DNA of 64,000 bases, from assembly GCA_002453155.1 (NCBI GenBank), contig DKGG01000011.1, positions 32,190 to 96,189 of the forward strand, in the 5' to 3' direction. Source of the stretch: Bdellovibrionaceae bacterium UBA6776. GTDB lineage: Bacteria > Bdellovibrionota > Bdellovibrionia > Bdellovibrionales > UBA1609. Below the pieces are notes generated by a model. It was not told the DNA's origin. It saw only the letters and a list, made by a program, of their open reading frames with translations, and searched no databases. Every line of letters starts with the position of its first letter. Positions within the stretch are counted from its first letter, which is position 1. Positions 1 through 9,053 of the stretch are shown piece after piece. The position numbers and the translations under genes were made by a program.

Positions 1-18
1 CGCGCTCTTTCAAATTTT

Positions 19-1143
19 GTGAAAGTTCATAGTCAAGTAAAGGAAATTGAGCTTGAAAAAGAGGGATTTGAGATCGCCTCCCTGCGTTCAAAGAACTATT
101 CTCAAAAAATTCTTTCTAAAAAAATTGTCTTCGAAAGAAAGTTAGCTGGGGCGAGGGCAAAAATCTTCTATGACATTTCTTTCAAAGAGATTCTCTACAT
201 TCCAATTCTCTTCTTTTTAATTTATCTCATCTTACGATTTTCAATTAAAAATCTAATGACTCGATTCGGTCGATCCATTTTGAATCCTTTGACGGATTTT
301 TCTCTTTCTATTGGAGGCGCAAGCAGCTTGGAGGAAATCCAGGGACTCACACATTCAAAAGGCAAAATTTTAGAGCTGGATGCGCTTATCGAAAAGCTCT
401 CTCTTTTGGGTTTTAGAGTTTCCGAAGCTGAGCGCAAAGCCTCAAAAGTGAAAGAGCTTGAATTTGTGAATCGTATTTCAAAACAGGTCGCCCATGACAT
501 TCGCTCGCCATTAACGGCTATCGAGGCGATTGTTAAATCTAAGGGTGGATTGGATGTTCAAAAATTGAGTTTGCTAGAAATGGCTGCGGGTCAAATCAAG
601 GAAATTGCGGAGGACTTGTTGGGACAAAGCAGATCTCCTCTCTCAATTTCATCAGAGAGGGTAAAAAGTCAAAATTCACAATCTTTAGGAAAGGAATCAT
701 CGGACTCGATAATTTCAGCAGTGGAAAAAGTGATAGAAGCAAAAAAGTTGGAATATTCTAAGAGAAAAATTAAATTTGTTCTCTATCAATACGCTACCAC
801 TAAGTTGGGGGTTTGCTGTCAGATAGAAGAGCTTATTCGTGTTCTTTCGAACCTGATTAATAATTCTGTTGAAGCAATGCCCAATGGAGGACTTATTTCT
901 GTGGACGTGTTGTGTGAAGCCGATGAATTCATGATTGAAGTGAGAGACACGGGGATCGGAATTTCAAGGGAACATTTGGATCAGCTCTTTCAAGAAGGAG
1001 CGACTTTTGGCAAAGAAAATGGTAATGGTTTGGGTCTCTTTAGTGCCAAAGTGCGAGTTGAAGAGTGGGGTGGAAGGCTCGCAATAAACTCCGAGCCGAA
1101 CAAAGGATCTCGTGTACGAATTGCTTTGAGACCTGTCGCCTAA
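19..1143 (+). CDS. Sensor histidine kinase (HisKA + HATPase_c). The frame is open back to base 1, so the N-terminus may lie upstream of the window.
   Basis: H-box VAHDIRSPLTAIEAI; ATPase boxes NLINNSVEAMPNGG, DTGIGI, GNGLGLF; one TM segment ILYIPILFFLIYLIL. Confidence 0.85.
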   Translation: MKVHSQVKEIELEKEGFEIASLRSKNYSQKILSKKIVFERKLAGARAKIFYDISFKEILYIPILFFLIYLILRFSIKNLMTRFGRSILNPLTDFSLSIGGASSLEEIQGLTHSKGKILELDALIEKLSLLGFRVSEAERKASKVKELEFVNRISKQVAHDIRSPLTAIEAIVKSKGGLDVQKLSLLEMAAGQIKEIAEDLLGQSRSPLSISSERVKSQNSQSLGKESSDSIISAVEKVIEAKKLEYSKRKIKFVLYQYATTKLGVCCQIEELIRVLSNLINNSVEAMPNGGLISVDVLCEADEFMIEVRDTGIGISREHLDQLFQEGATFGKENGNGLGLFSAKVRVEEWGGRLAINSEPNKGSRVRIALRPVA

Positions 1144-2033
1144 GACCCAAGCGCAGATTGGAGGGCGGTGGCCAGGTGGTCGGTGGTGGTGCGTAGACGG
1201 GCCGACGAGGAAAAAGGCAAGGGGGACAACATCGACACCGGCACTCCCATGGACGACCATTGGGGCAACACCTGAACCAGCTTCTTCGCCCTCAAATAAG
1301 GTTCGCAAAGAAATGTGGGGGCCAAAGCAATTCCTCCGCCGGCAACCGTCGCGGCCAACAAACTAGACATCTGATTGCTGGCAATTCGAGGGCGGATAGG
1401 AACTTGCACCGACTTCGACTTGCTCTTTAGCTTCCACCCACTGGAATTCAAAGTGCTGGATAAAGCCAAACAATCTTGAGACTCCAAATCCTCAACTTTT
1501 GAAATCCGTGGCCGTCCATCCAAATATTTGGGCGAAGCCACCAGCATCAATTTCAACTCGCCAATCTTTTTGACTTTCAATGAGCTTTCCTTCAATCGAC
1601 CAATGCGAACAGCAAGGTCGTAGCCGTCGGCCACCAAATCCAAAACGTCGTCCGTGTAATTCAATTCAAATTTCAATCCGGGATGTTTGTGGCAAAGTTC
1701 TGCAATTGCCGGAGCAATAATATGGGATCCCAAATCTTCGGACGCCGTCAATTTGATCTTCCCGGTGATCAGGTTGTCATTTCCGTAAAGGGATTTCCGC
1801 GCATTCTCTATGACTTCAAGAGGCCCAACACAGGTGTCGTAAAATTCCTTACCCGCGGCGGTTAAAGTTTGGCTGCGAGTGGTTCGTACCAGCAACTGAG
1901 TTCCAGTGTCTTTCTCTAAACGAGAGAGGGCCTTGCTCACTGTGGACTTGGGAAGCCTCAACTGTTGAGCGGCCTTGGTAAAACTGCCGTTTTTAACCAC
2001 TTGGACAAAGATTTGAACCAGATCAAGATCCAT
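1140..2033 (-). CDS. LysR-family transcriptional regulator
   Basis: N-terminal HTH MDLDLVQIFVQVVKNGSFTKAAQQLRLPKSTVSKALSRLE plus LysR substrate-binding domain. I chose the ATG at 2033 rather than the ORF-track start at 2147. Confidence 0.9.
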   Translation of the reverse strand: MDLDLVQIFVQVVKNGSFTKAAQQLRLPKSTVSKALSRLEKDTGTQLLVRTTRSQTLTAAGKEFYDTCVGPLEVIENARKSLYGNDNLITGKIKLTASEDLGSHIIAPAIAELCHKHPGLKFELNYTDDVLDLVADGYDLAVRIGRLKESSLKVKKIGELKLMLVASPKYLDGRPRISKVEDLESQDCLALSSTLNSSGWKLKSKSKSVQVPIRPRIASNQMSSLLAATVAGGGIALAPTFLCEPYLRAKKLVQVLPQWSSMGVPVSMLSPLPFSSSARLRTTTDHLATALQSALGS

Positions 2034-2160
2034 ATTGTTTCCTATTTGAAACATTGTATTTCGTTTGATGCCACTAATCAACAGTGGGTTTTTGATCGAT
2101 ACTGATTTTAGAAACAGCTCGGCGAAGTGGAAAGCCGTCAAACCCAAAAAGGAGAACTTT

Positions 2161-2754
2161 ATGAAACTGATCTTGTTAACAGCAGCCCTTCTAGCAACCT
2201 CTGCAGCCTCCGCAGAAACTTACACCATCGATACAGAAAAAAGCCACATTGACTGGAAGGCCGGAAAAAAGATCGGCAGCTTCCACAATGGAAAAATCCA
2301 GATCAAAAACGGAAAGGTCGAAACCGATAAAAAAGGCCAAGTTTCCAAAGCCGAAATCGCAGTGGATATGTCTACTATCACCAATGAAGATCTTAAAGAC
2401 AGTCCTGAATACCAAACCAAATTGGTGGGCCATCTTTCCAGTGAAGATTTCTTCCATGTGGAAAAATATCCTGAGTCTACATTTAAATTGAAAAGCATCA
2501 AGTTGAAGCCCGGATCCAAAGATCAGTACCTTGTAAAGGGTGATCTTACGATGATTGGAGTGACCAAGCCTGTTGAGTTTCCTGCAGAAATCAGTGCAGA
2601 TAAAAACAAATTGGAAGGTTCTGCGACTTTGACCATCGAACGTTTGAAGTGGGGTCTTAAATACGGATCTGGAAGCATTTTCAAATCGTTGACCGCAGAT
2701 AAAATCATCAATGACAGCTTCGAGTTAAAATTGAACCTTGTTGCGAAAAAATAA
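2161..2754 (+). CDS. YceI-like periplasmic polyisoprenoid-binding protein
   Basis: Signal peptide MKLILLTAALLATSAASA followed by the YTIDTEKSHIDWKA..GSFHNG pattern typical of YceI; GGAG Shine-Dalgarno upstream of the ATG at 2161. Confidence 0.85.
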   Translation: MKLILLTAALLATSAASAETYTIDTEKSHIDWKAGKKIGSFHNGKIQIKNGKVETDKKGQVSKAEIAVDMSTITNEDLKDSPEYQTKLVGHLSSEDFFHVEKYPESTFKLKSIKLKPGSKDQYLVKGDLTMIGVTKPVEFPAEISADKNKLEGSATLTIERLKWGLKYGSGSIFKSLTADKIINDSFELKLNLVAKK

Positions 2755-2811
2755 ATTTTAAACTTCGATTCTCTGGCCTTCTCCGTTAATCTTTTTGTGA
2801 GGGGGCAAGAG

Positions 2812-3177
2812 ATGACCAATAAAGAAATCGTTCAAAGAATGTATCAGGCCTACATTGAGGGAAATCGAGAAGCCATTGAACCCTTAATCGCGTCGAATTT
2901 TAAATTCACAAGCCCCTTGGACAATGCCATTGATCGAACCACCTACTTTCAACGCTGTTGGCCCAACAGCCAATGGATCAAAGATTTTCGATTTGTCCAC
3001 TTGGTAGAAAATGGAGACCAAGTCTTCGTCACCTATGAGGGAGTCACCAACGAGGGGGAAGGCTTTCGAAACACCGAGATCATCACTCTTAAAGATCACA
3101 GGGCCATTGAAGTTGAGGTTTACTTTGGCTGGAATGTGCCTCACAAGGCCAAGCCTGGGGAATTTCTAAATTCTTAG
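2812..3177 (+). CDS. SnoaL/NTF2-like fold small protein
   Basis: About 120 aa beginning MTNKEIVQRMYQAYIEGNREAIEPLIA.NF, typical of the SnoaL-like family; GGGGG/AGAG just upstream of the ATG. Confidence 0.6.
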   Translation: MTNKEIVQRMYQAYIEGNREAIEPLIASNFKFTSPLDNAIDRTTYFQRCWPNSQWIKDFRFVHLVENGDQVFVTYEGVTNEGEGFRNTEIITLKDHRAIEVEVYFGWNVPHKAKPGEFLNS

Positions 3178-3231
3178 AAAAGGCCGAAAAGAGGACTCGT
3201 CACTATCTGGGATCGGTGCTAGAAAATCCCC

Positions 3232-4857
3232 ATGATTCATTTTTCAAATGTGACCAAAAATTATGGCAATAAGGTCCTTTACAAGGGCGCGAACTTTCAA
3301 CTGAATGCGGGCGAGAAGGTGGGACTTGTTGGACCCAACGGGGCGGGTAAGACCACTATCTTCCGATTAATTGTGGGTGAAGAGCGTCCCGATGACGGCC
3401 AAGTGGTCTACCCGGACAAGGTTCGCGTGGGTTACTTTTCGCAAAACCTCGAAGACATGAGCGGACGTACGGTGATTGACGAGGTCAAATCTGCAGCTGG
3501 AGATTTGATGGAAATCGAAGCTCGGCTGCCAGAGCTTGAAAAGAAAATGTGCGAGCCTTTAGATGAAGACGAAATGGCCCAAGTTCTTGAGGAATACGGT
3601 CACCTGCAAAGTGAGTTTGAGAGCAAAGGGGGATATGAACTTTCCTCGAAAGCGGCCGAAATCATCACGGGTCTTGGCTTTCCTCCAGAGTTTCACTTGC
3701 GTCCCACGGAAAGTTTCAGTGGGGGATGGAAGATGCGAATTGCATTGGCGAAAATCCTACTGATCAATCCTGATGTGCTTTTAATGGATGAACCTACGAA
3801 CCATTTGGATTTGGAATCGATCATTTGGTTGGAATCTTGGATCAACCAGTATGAAGGTGCTTTGTTGATGACAAGCCATGATCGGGAATTCATGAACCGC
3901 TTAGTGACAAAGATCGTCGAGGTGGCCCATCAAACCGTGACGGTCTATGGAGGCAATTACGACTTTTATGTGCGCGAAAGCGAAGTCCGTCGCGAGCAAT
4001 TGATCGCTGCAGCCAAACGTCAGGAAGAAATGCTGGCCAAGGAAGAAGAATTTATTGCGCGGTTTGCGGCTCGAGCTTCTCATGCGGCGCAAGTTCAGTC
4101 GCGGGTAAAGAAGATCGAAAAGATTGATCGCATTGAGGTTCCTCAGGAAGAACGGGCCATTCAGTTTGTCTGGCCAGAGCCACCACGAAGTGGGGACGAG
4201 GTTTTTAAATTTAAAGATCTCAAAAAGTCCTACGCTTTAGAAGATGGAAAAGAACTTCCGGTGTTTTCAAATTTAACAGGAACGGTCAAAAGGTTGGATC
4301 GAATTGCCGTGACCGGAGTCAACGGAGCCGGAAAATCCACGCTTTTAAAAATCATTACCGGGCAAATTGACCCTTCTGATGGTGAAGGGCAGCTGGGAGC
4401 CAGTGTGCTATTGGGCTATTTCAGTCAAAACTCTTTGGATCTGCTCGACAAAGACAAAACCATTTTGGAAGAGCTGCAAAGTCGCTTTCCCACTCAAAAT
4501 TTAGGATATTTGCGAAACTTGCTCGGGGCTTTTAAGTTTTCAGGAGATGAAGTGGACAAAAAGATCTCGGTGCTCTCCGGAGGAGAAAAAAGTCGTGTGG
4601 TCCTCGCCACCATCTTGGCAAAGCCAGTAAACTTTTTGGTTCTGGATGAACCTACCAACCATTTGGACATTCAATCTCGAGAGGTTTTGTTGGATGCCAT
4701 CAATGAATTTCCAGGAACAGTGATGATCGTAAGCCATGATCGGCACTTTTTAAGACATGTGACCAATCGTGTGTTCCATTTGGATCATCATGAACTTCAT
4801 ATTTACGACGGAACTTGGGATGAATATCAGCGCAAACTCGAAAGCCTAGCTCAATAA
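3232..4857 (+). CDS. ABC-F family ATPase (two tandem ABC domains, no TM domain)
   Basis: Two Walker A motifs (GPNGAGKTT, GVNGAGKST), two signature motifs (FSGGWKMR, LSGGEKSR), two Walker B motifs (LLMDEPTNHLD, LVLDEPTNHLD) and an inter-domain linker. Confidence 0.9.
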   Translation: MIHFSNVTKNYGNKVLYKGANFQLNAGEKVGLVGPNGAGKTTIFRLIVGEERPDDGQVVYPDKVRVGYFSQNLEDMSGRTVIDEVKSAAGDLMEIEARLPELEKKMCEPLDEDEMAQVLEEYGHLQSEFESKGGYELSSKAAEIITGLGFPPEFHLRPTESFSGGWKMRIALAKILLINPDVLLMDEPTNHLDLESIIWLESWINQYEGALLMTSHDREFMNRLVTKIVEVAHQTVTVYGGNYDFYVRESEVRREQLIAAAKRQEEMLAKEEEFIARFAARASHAAQVQSRVKKIEKIDRIEVPQEERAIQFVWPEPPRSGDEVFKFKDLKKSYALEDGKELPVFSNLTGTVKRLDRIAVTGVNGAGKSTLLKIITGQIDPSDGEGQLGASVLLGYFSQNSLDLLDKDKTILEELQSRFPTQNLGYLRNLLGAFKFSGDEVDKKISVLSGGEKSRVVLATILAKPVNFLVLDEPTNHLDIQSREVLLDAINEFPGTVMIVSHDRHFLRHVTNRVFHLDHHELHIYDGTWDEYQRKLESLAQ

Positions 4858-5298
4858 ATTTTTTGCGAAGCCTCCAGCACCCATTGCAAAAAGAAATCCG
4901 AGGCTCCTCACTCCCCAAAGCAAAGTTCGCAGCCAATTGGTTGAAACCAGACGGCGCCATGCGGTCTGGTCGAATCCTTTTGCCAAGCGGTTGTGGGCGG
5001 GAACACTCACAAGAAAAGTCAGGGCCCACAAAGAACAAACTCCAATCGCATTCAGCACCCACCAGGGTTCGCCCCACCGGGAAAGCCACAGTGCTGAAAC
5101 CAACTCAAGAATCATGGCGGGGCCGGCGATAGAGCCCAAGGCTTTGGTGTGTTGCCCATGAAAATTTGAAAACTCTTCGATCTTGATCTGTGCAAAGCAA
5201 GGGTAATGAATCCGCTGAATGATCAAAATCACTCCAGTCATAAAAAAGCAAGAAGCCGTTTGAATCGTTAAAGCCCACGAATCCATAGAGGAAATCAT
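4846..5298 (-). CDS. DUF1772-like integral membrane protein
   Basis: Four predicted TM helices with length and pattern like DUF1772. Its start overlaps the upstream stop in an ATGA overlap at 5295-5298. Confidence 0.6.
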   Translation of the reverse strand: MISSMDSWALTIQTASCFFMTGVILIIQRIHYPCFAQIKIEEFSNFHGQHTKALGSIAGPAMILELVSALWLSRWGEPWWVLNAIGVCSLWALTFLVSVPAHNRLAKGFDQTAWRRLVSTNWLRTLLWGVRSLGFLFAMGAGGFAKNLLS

Positions 5299-5702
5299 TT
5301 CTGGTGCAGTTCACAATAAGGACTGTCCTCACAGGATTTTCGCGGAAGCAGGGGGCGCACCTGTGCGAAGAGGGCGTAAAAGATTTTTAAAACCATATTA
5401 ATCGGTTTAAAGCGAGCAATTGGAACCAAGAAATTGAGGCTTGGAAGCTCTTTCCAGATAGCGATAAATGCGTTCACACCCACTTTGAGTTCGCCGTCTT
5501 TTCCGCGCACATGCATGTTGCGGTGAATTTCTTGAGGATCCAGTTCTTCCTTCGTGGCATCAAAACTCATCGAGGTGATGTCGACAAATAAGAGATTTTC
5601 GCTTCCCTTCATCCCTTTGTAGTGTTCGATTTCCCTCGAGCAGAGATGGCAAAGTCCGTCATAATAAACCGTGGTCTTTAGATCAGAAGAATTTCGATTC
5701 AT
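5295..5702 (-). CDS. Thiol-disulfide oxidoreductase, DCC family (DUF393)
   Basis: Motif VYYDGLCHLCSREIEHY. I chose the ATG at 5702, which is preceded by AGAGGTG. Confidence 0.8.
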   Translation of the reverse strand: MNRNSSDLKTTVYYDGLCHLCSREIEHYKGMKGSENLLFVDITSMSFDATKEELDPQEIHRNMHVRGKDGELKVGVNAFIAIWKELPSLNFLVPIARFKPINMVLKIFYALFAQVRPLLPRKSCEDSPYCELHQK

Positions 5703-5716
5703 AACATTCACCTCTT

Positions 5717-6400
5717 TTAGTCTTTCCATTTGTAAGTGATTGTCACATCTTGTGAGCCACCCCGATCATCCAAGAGATTAGATCTGCCTTTGAAAGTTTT
5801 TAAACGCATGGTCTTTCGATCATAGACAACATTCAGCTCACCGGCGAACAGACGGATAAACCAACTGCTGGGCTGAATTCCGTACTTCAACTCAGAGTCT
5901 GTGGAATCGTCCTTTTGGTAGCCGGTCAAAGAATAAAAATCCATTTTGCTCAATACGCCAAATTTGAAATCCACAGGCTTTCTAGACAACTGGTCTGCAT
6001 GGCTTCGAATAAAATTGTCGAAGCCTTGGCTGGCAACCATAAGTCCGCTTTTTGAAATTGATTTCTTTGCGATTTGTTTGTCATTCTTGAGTTCTTCAAA
6101 AACGATTTTTCCATCACTGTTCTCTAAGACAATCTTAGTATTGAATCTTGTGTCTTCAAAGACCGTCTTTGGAACCAATGGATCTTTCGAAAAATCAGAA
6201 GTCATGGTGGCAAAGATTTCCCCATTGGGTTTTTTATACTCAACTCGAATCAAAGAATTAGATCCAGATTTGTCTTTTTGGATCTCGTGAGTTTCCAGAT
6301 AAATAACTTCTCCCTTGGAATTTCGTGCCTCTCCAAGAAGGGTGTCTCCAAAAGCCAAGGTCGGAAAAATAAACATCAAAGACAAAATTTTACTTTTCAT
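5717..6400 (-). CDS. Secreted hypothetical protein
   Basis: Signal peptide MKSKILSLMFIFPTLAFG; no family recognised; lies inside a tightly packed operon. Confidence 0.6.
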   Translation of the reverse strand: MKSKILSLMFIFPTLAFGDTLLGEARNSKGEVIYLETHEIQKDKSGSNSLIRVEYKKPNGEIFATMTSDFSKDPLVPKTVFEDTRFNTKIVLENSDGKIVFEELKNDKQIAKKSISKSGLMVASQGFDNFIRSHADQLSRKPVDFKFGVLSKMDFYSLTGYQKDDSTDSELKYGIQPSSWFIRLFAGELNVVYDRKTMRLKTFKGRSNLLDDRGGSQDVTITYKWKD

Positions 6401-6929
6401 TGGAGCCACCCTTGATAAAGACCAAGGTCACTTCGCCCAGATAAACGCCGAACTTAGACATTTTAGATTTGTTCAACATGATTTTGTCGTCCATCAGGTA
6501 CATCCAGTCATCAAATTTGACATGGTAGTTGGAGTCTCCAACGGGGAGGTCCAAGGTGTACTTCCAATGAAAGGCATTCCCGGCAGACTCTCCGTGGGCT
6601 TCGCCAATCACATCACTTGCCGTGCCGGTGTATTTTCCCTCAGCGGTTTTCTTCAGGGTCCAAACTCTTTTCGACTTTGTCCCGTCAGAATACTCGAAAG
6701 ATTCATCCAGAATTCCAGTGTCGCCGGTCCAAGTTCCCTTCATCAAAACTTTAAAGCGCTTAACAATCATTCCCGAGCGATCTTGAAAAAAACCATGGGC
6801 TTCGAGATTTCCATTCAAATAGTCCTCGAGAACAAGTTTCGGAGATTCGTTTTTATAATCCTTTACCGAAACGGATGAACAACCTGTCAGTAGAGCGATC
6901 GTGCTTGCCATAATTAAAAGTCCTTTCAT
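6390..6929 (-). CDS. DUF3833-family lipoprotein
   Basis: Lipobox LLTGCSS; pattern DYLNG.L.A.G.FQDRSG.....F.V.M.G.W.GD.G.LDE.F.YSDG resembles DUF3833. Confidence 0.7.
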   Translation of the reverse strand: MKGLLIMASTIALLTGCSSVSVKDYKNESPKLVLEDYLNGNLEAHGFFQDRSGMIVKRFKVLMKGTWTGDTGILDESFEYSDGTKSKRVWTLKKTAEGKYTGTASDVIGEAHGESAGNAFHWKYTLDLPVGDSNYHVKFDDWMYLMDDKIMLNKSKMSKFGVYLGEVTLVFIKGGSNEK

Positions 6930-6948
6930 GGTCTGAAGTCTCCAATCT

Positions 6949-7875
6949 TCAATTGAGTTCCTTAAGTGTAGTTTCTAAATCGCTAAAGTTCCGCAAAACG
7001 GTCAGTGAATTCTGTGGCGGGTTTCCAAGGGGAGCCTGATGACCTGCCCAATAGATATGAATATGAGTTCCAAATTTTTTCTGAATTTGACTCAGATAAG
7101 ATAAGGGCTCCAACTTAGCGCCAGATTTTTTTGAAACGGTGGAGACAAGAACCACGTGAGAAGCTTCAAATCGAAGGGCAGTTTCCGAAAGATCCTGCGC
7201 CGGGGTGTGGGGGCCAAGATACAAAGACTCAAATCCATAAGAACGAATCATCAGATGGGCAAGAAGGAGGCCAATCTCATGATGGTCTCCCTCTGGAGTG
7301 GCAAGAACAAATCGCGAACGTTTGCTTTTTTCGCCTTTCGATTTGGAATTCAATTTTGTCAGATTGGAATAAATTTTTTCCTTAAGAAGCGCAGAAAGGA
7401 TGTGTTCCTGTGAAGTGCTAACCCATCCGGCATGGACATTTTTCGAATGTTCCTGGAGAAGGGGCAGAAAGAAATCATGGATCAGCTGAATTCCACTTTT
7501 AAAATGCAAAGATTTGATCAGTTGTTCCAGCTCCGACCATTTTTGAAGAGACAGAAGTTCCAAACACTCCGTGACCAGTGGCGAAGGGTTGATCTTTGAA
7601 TGGGACAAATTTTCTTTTTCAATCTCTTCAAAGAGAGCTTTCAGTTTATGATTTTTAAGGGATGCAAGATTGCCAATTTTAAAGCCACGCTTTGTGAGTT
7701 CACGAAGCAAGAGGGCTTTTTCCACATCCTTTTTAAGATATTCTCGCCGACCGGTGGAACTTCTTTGGGGTTCAAAGGCGGCATAGCGATTTTCCCATCC
7801 GCGCAGGGTGAACTCAGAAAGCCCGGTCAATTCGATCATCTGTCTGATGGAGTAGGTTTCCACAGGTTTCATCAC
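6949..7875 (-). CDS. MerR-family regulator with C-terminal B12-binding domain (CarH/LitR-like)
   Basis: MerR HTH YSIRQMIELTGLSEFTLRGWENRY; cobalamin motif EGDHHEIGLLL (DxHxxG); W-x9-LH (WSELEQLIKSLH) resembles the CarH Wx9EH motif. Confidence 0.8.
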   Translation of the reverse strand: MMKPVETYSIRQMIELTGLSEFTLRGWENRYAAFEPQRSSTGRREYLKKDVEKALLLRELTKRGFKIGNLASLKNHKLKALFEEIEKENLSHSKINPSPLVTECLELLSLQKWSELEQLIKSLHFKSGIQLIHDFFLPLLQEHSKNVHAGWVSTSQEHILSALLKEKIYSNLTKLNSKSKGEKSKRSRFVLATPEGDHHEIGLLLAHLMIRSYGFESLYLGPHTPAQDLSETALRFEASHVVLVSTVSKKSGAKLEPLSYLSQIQKKFGTHIHIYWAGHQAPLGNPPQNSLTVLRNFSDLETTLKELN

Positions 7876-7901
7876 TTTATTTTATAAAGAGCGCTCCGTA
7901 T

Positions 7902-7921
7902 TGTATAGAATAATCTATACA
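7902..7921. promoter_or_regulatory. Perfect 8-bp-arm palindrome TGTATAGA-N4-TCTATACA, a candidate operator
   Basis: Seen directly, 27 nt upstream of the CarH-like start codon in the divergent intergenic region. Confidence 0.35.
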
Positions 7922-8040
7922 CAGATTCGGTGGGGCAGTAAGGTATTGATATTAAATTGGAAATCAGACAGGATTTAAGGCCAATTTGTTTCAATTTAAG
8001 CCGTTCCAATTTTGAATGAGAATTGGAAGATGGGGGAGAC

Positions 8041-8601
8041 ATGAAGATACAGTGCAATTGCGGGCAATTCGAAGCGGAGCTGACAAACTTTCCCAAGAAT
8101 TCACCCGGTCGGCTGATGTGCTACTGCGACGATTGCCAAAAGCTTTTAAACAAAATCAACCGGGCAGATCTTTTGGACTCTTATGGTGGAACCGAAGTCA
8201 TTCCCGTTTATCCGGATGAGTTTCAAATTTTAAAAGGCCAGGAGTTTCTTCGGTGCAATCGTTTAAGCAAGAATGGAATAAATCGATGGACAGCGAATTG
8301 TTGCAATTCTCCCATCGGAAACACTCGAGCCAAATTTCCTTGGTTTGGAATCTTTCACAGTGCCTTTACGGTGAAAGACAAATCTTACCTGGAAAATTTA
8401 GGACCTGTTCGCAGTCGAATCATGGGAAAGTATGCAAAGGGAAATCCGCCATTTAAGATTCCAGATAAAATTGGCGTGGGCGACGTTATGGTCGTGGCCC
8501 CATTTTTAATGAAAGGAATGCTTTTTAAAAAATACAAGAATTCTCCGTTTTTCAAAGAAGACGGTGTGACCCCAATCTCCGAACCCGTGATTTTGAGGTA
8601 G
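8041..8601 (+). CDS. Cys-rich GFA/CENP-V-like (DUF6151-like) protein
   Basis: Cys pattern IQCNCGQFE..MCYCDDCQ..WTANCCNSPIG is typical of the GFA zinc-binding fold. Confidence 0.6.
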   Translation: MKIQCNCGQFEAELTNFPKNSPGRLMCYCDDCQKLLNKINRADLLDSYGGTEVIPVYPDEFQILKGQEFLRCNRLSKNGINRWTANCCNSPIGNTRAKFPWFGIFHSAFTVKDKSYLENLGPVRSRIMGKYAKGNPPFKIPDKIGVGDVMVVAPFLMKGMLFKKYKNSPFFKEDGVTPISEPVILR

Positions 8602-8619
8602 AACGGTGAAATCTAAGTG

Positions 8620-8931
8620 TCAAAGCCCCTTGGCATTTTTTAGCAACTGAACCAGGTCTTTGAGTTGGACGTTCGATTCCAGTGGGTGGCGAAGAGTTTT
8701 CTTCGAAACGATTTTATAGCGATTGGATCGGCCAATCTTTTCTCTTTTGACATAACCCGCGTCTTCCAAGTCTTGAATGATTCCCAAAACAGAGCGCTCG
8801 GTGATTCCAACTTTTAGCGCGATTTCTCGAACGACCAGATTTTCATTTGCTGCCAAAAGAAAATACACGTGTCCGTGGTTGCTAAAAAATGTCCAGTTGA
8901 TCTCATCGTGATTCGCCACACACCCTCCCAT
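8620..8931 (-). CDS. Winged-helix (ArsR/MarR-like) transcriptional regulator
   Basis: VREIALKVGITERSVLGIIQDLEDAGYVKREKIGRSNRYKI. I chose the ATG at 8931. Confidence 0.7.
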   Translation of the reverse strand: MGGCVANHDEINWTFFSNHGHVYFLLAANENLVVREIALKVGITERSVLGIIQDLEDAGYVKREKIGRSNRYKIVSKKTLRHPLESNVQLKDLVQLLKNAKGL

Positions 8932-8947
8932 TGACTCTAAGTTACTG

Positions 8948-9017
8948 AAAATGCATGAAAAAATATATCTGAAATATAATACATGAAATAAAATGCATGA
9001 ATTATATTGCATGCAAT
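8948..9017. promoter_or_regulatory. Cluster of ATGCATGAA-type motifs, a candidate operator array
   Basis: Identical 12-mers AAAATGCATGAA at 8948-8959 and 8990-9001 (42 bp apart); TAATACATGAAA at 8977-8988; 12-bp palindrome ATTGCATGCAAT at 9006-9017. Confidence 0.35.
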
Positions 9018-9053
9018 GGGGTGGGCTGATAGAGTGGTTTTAAAGGAGAAACG

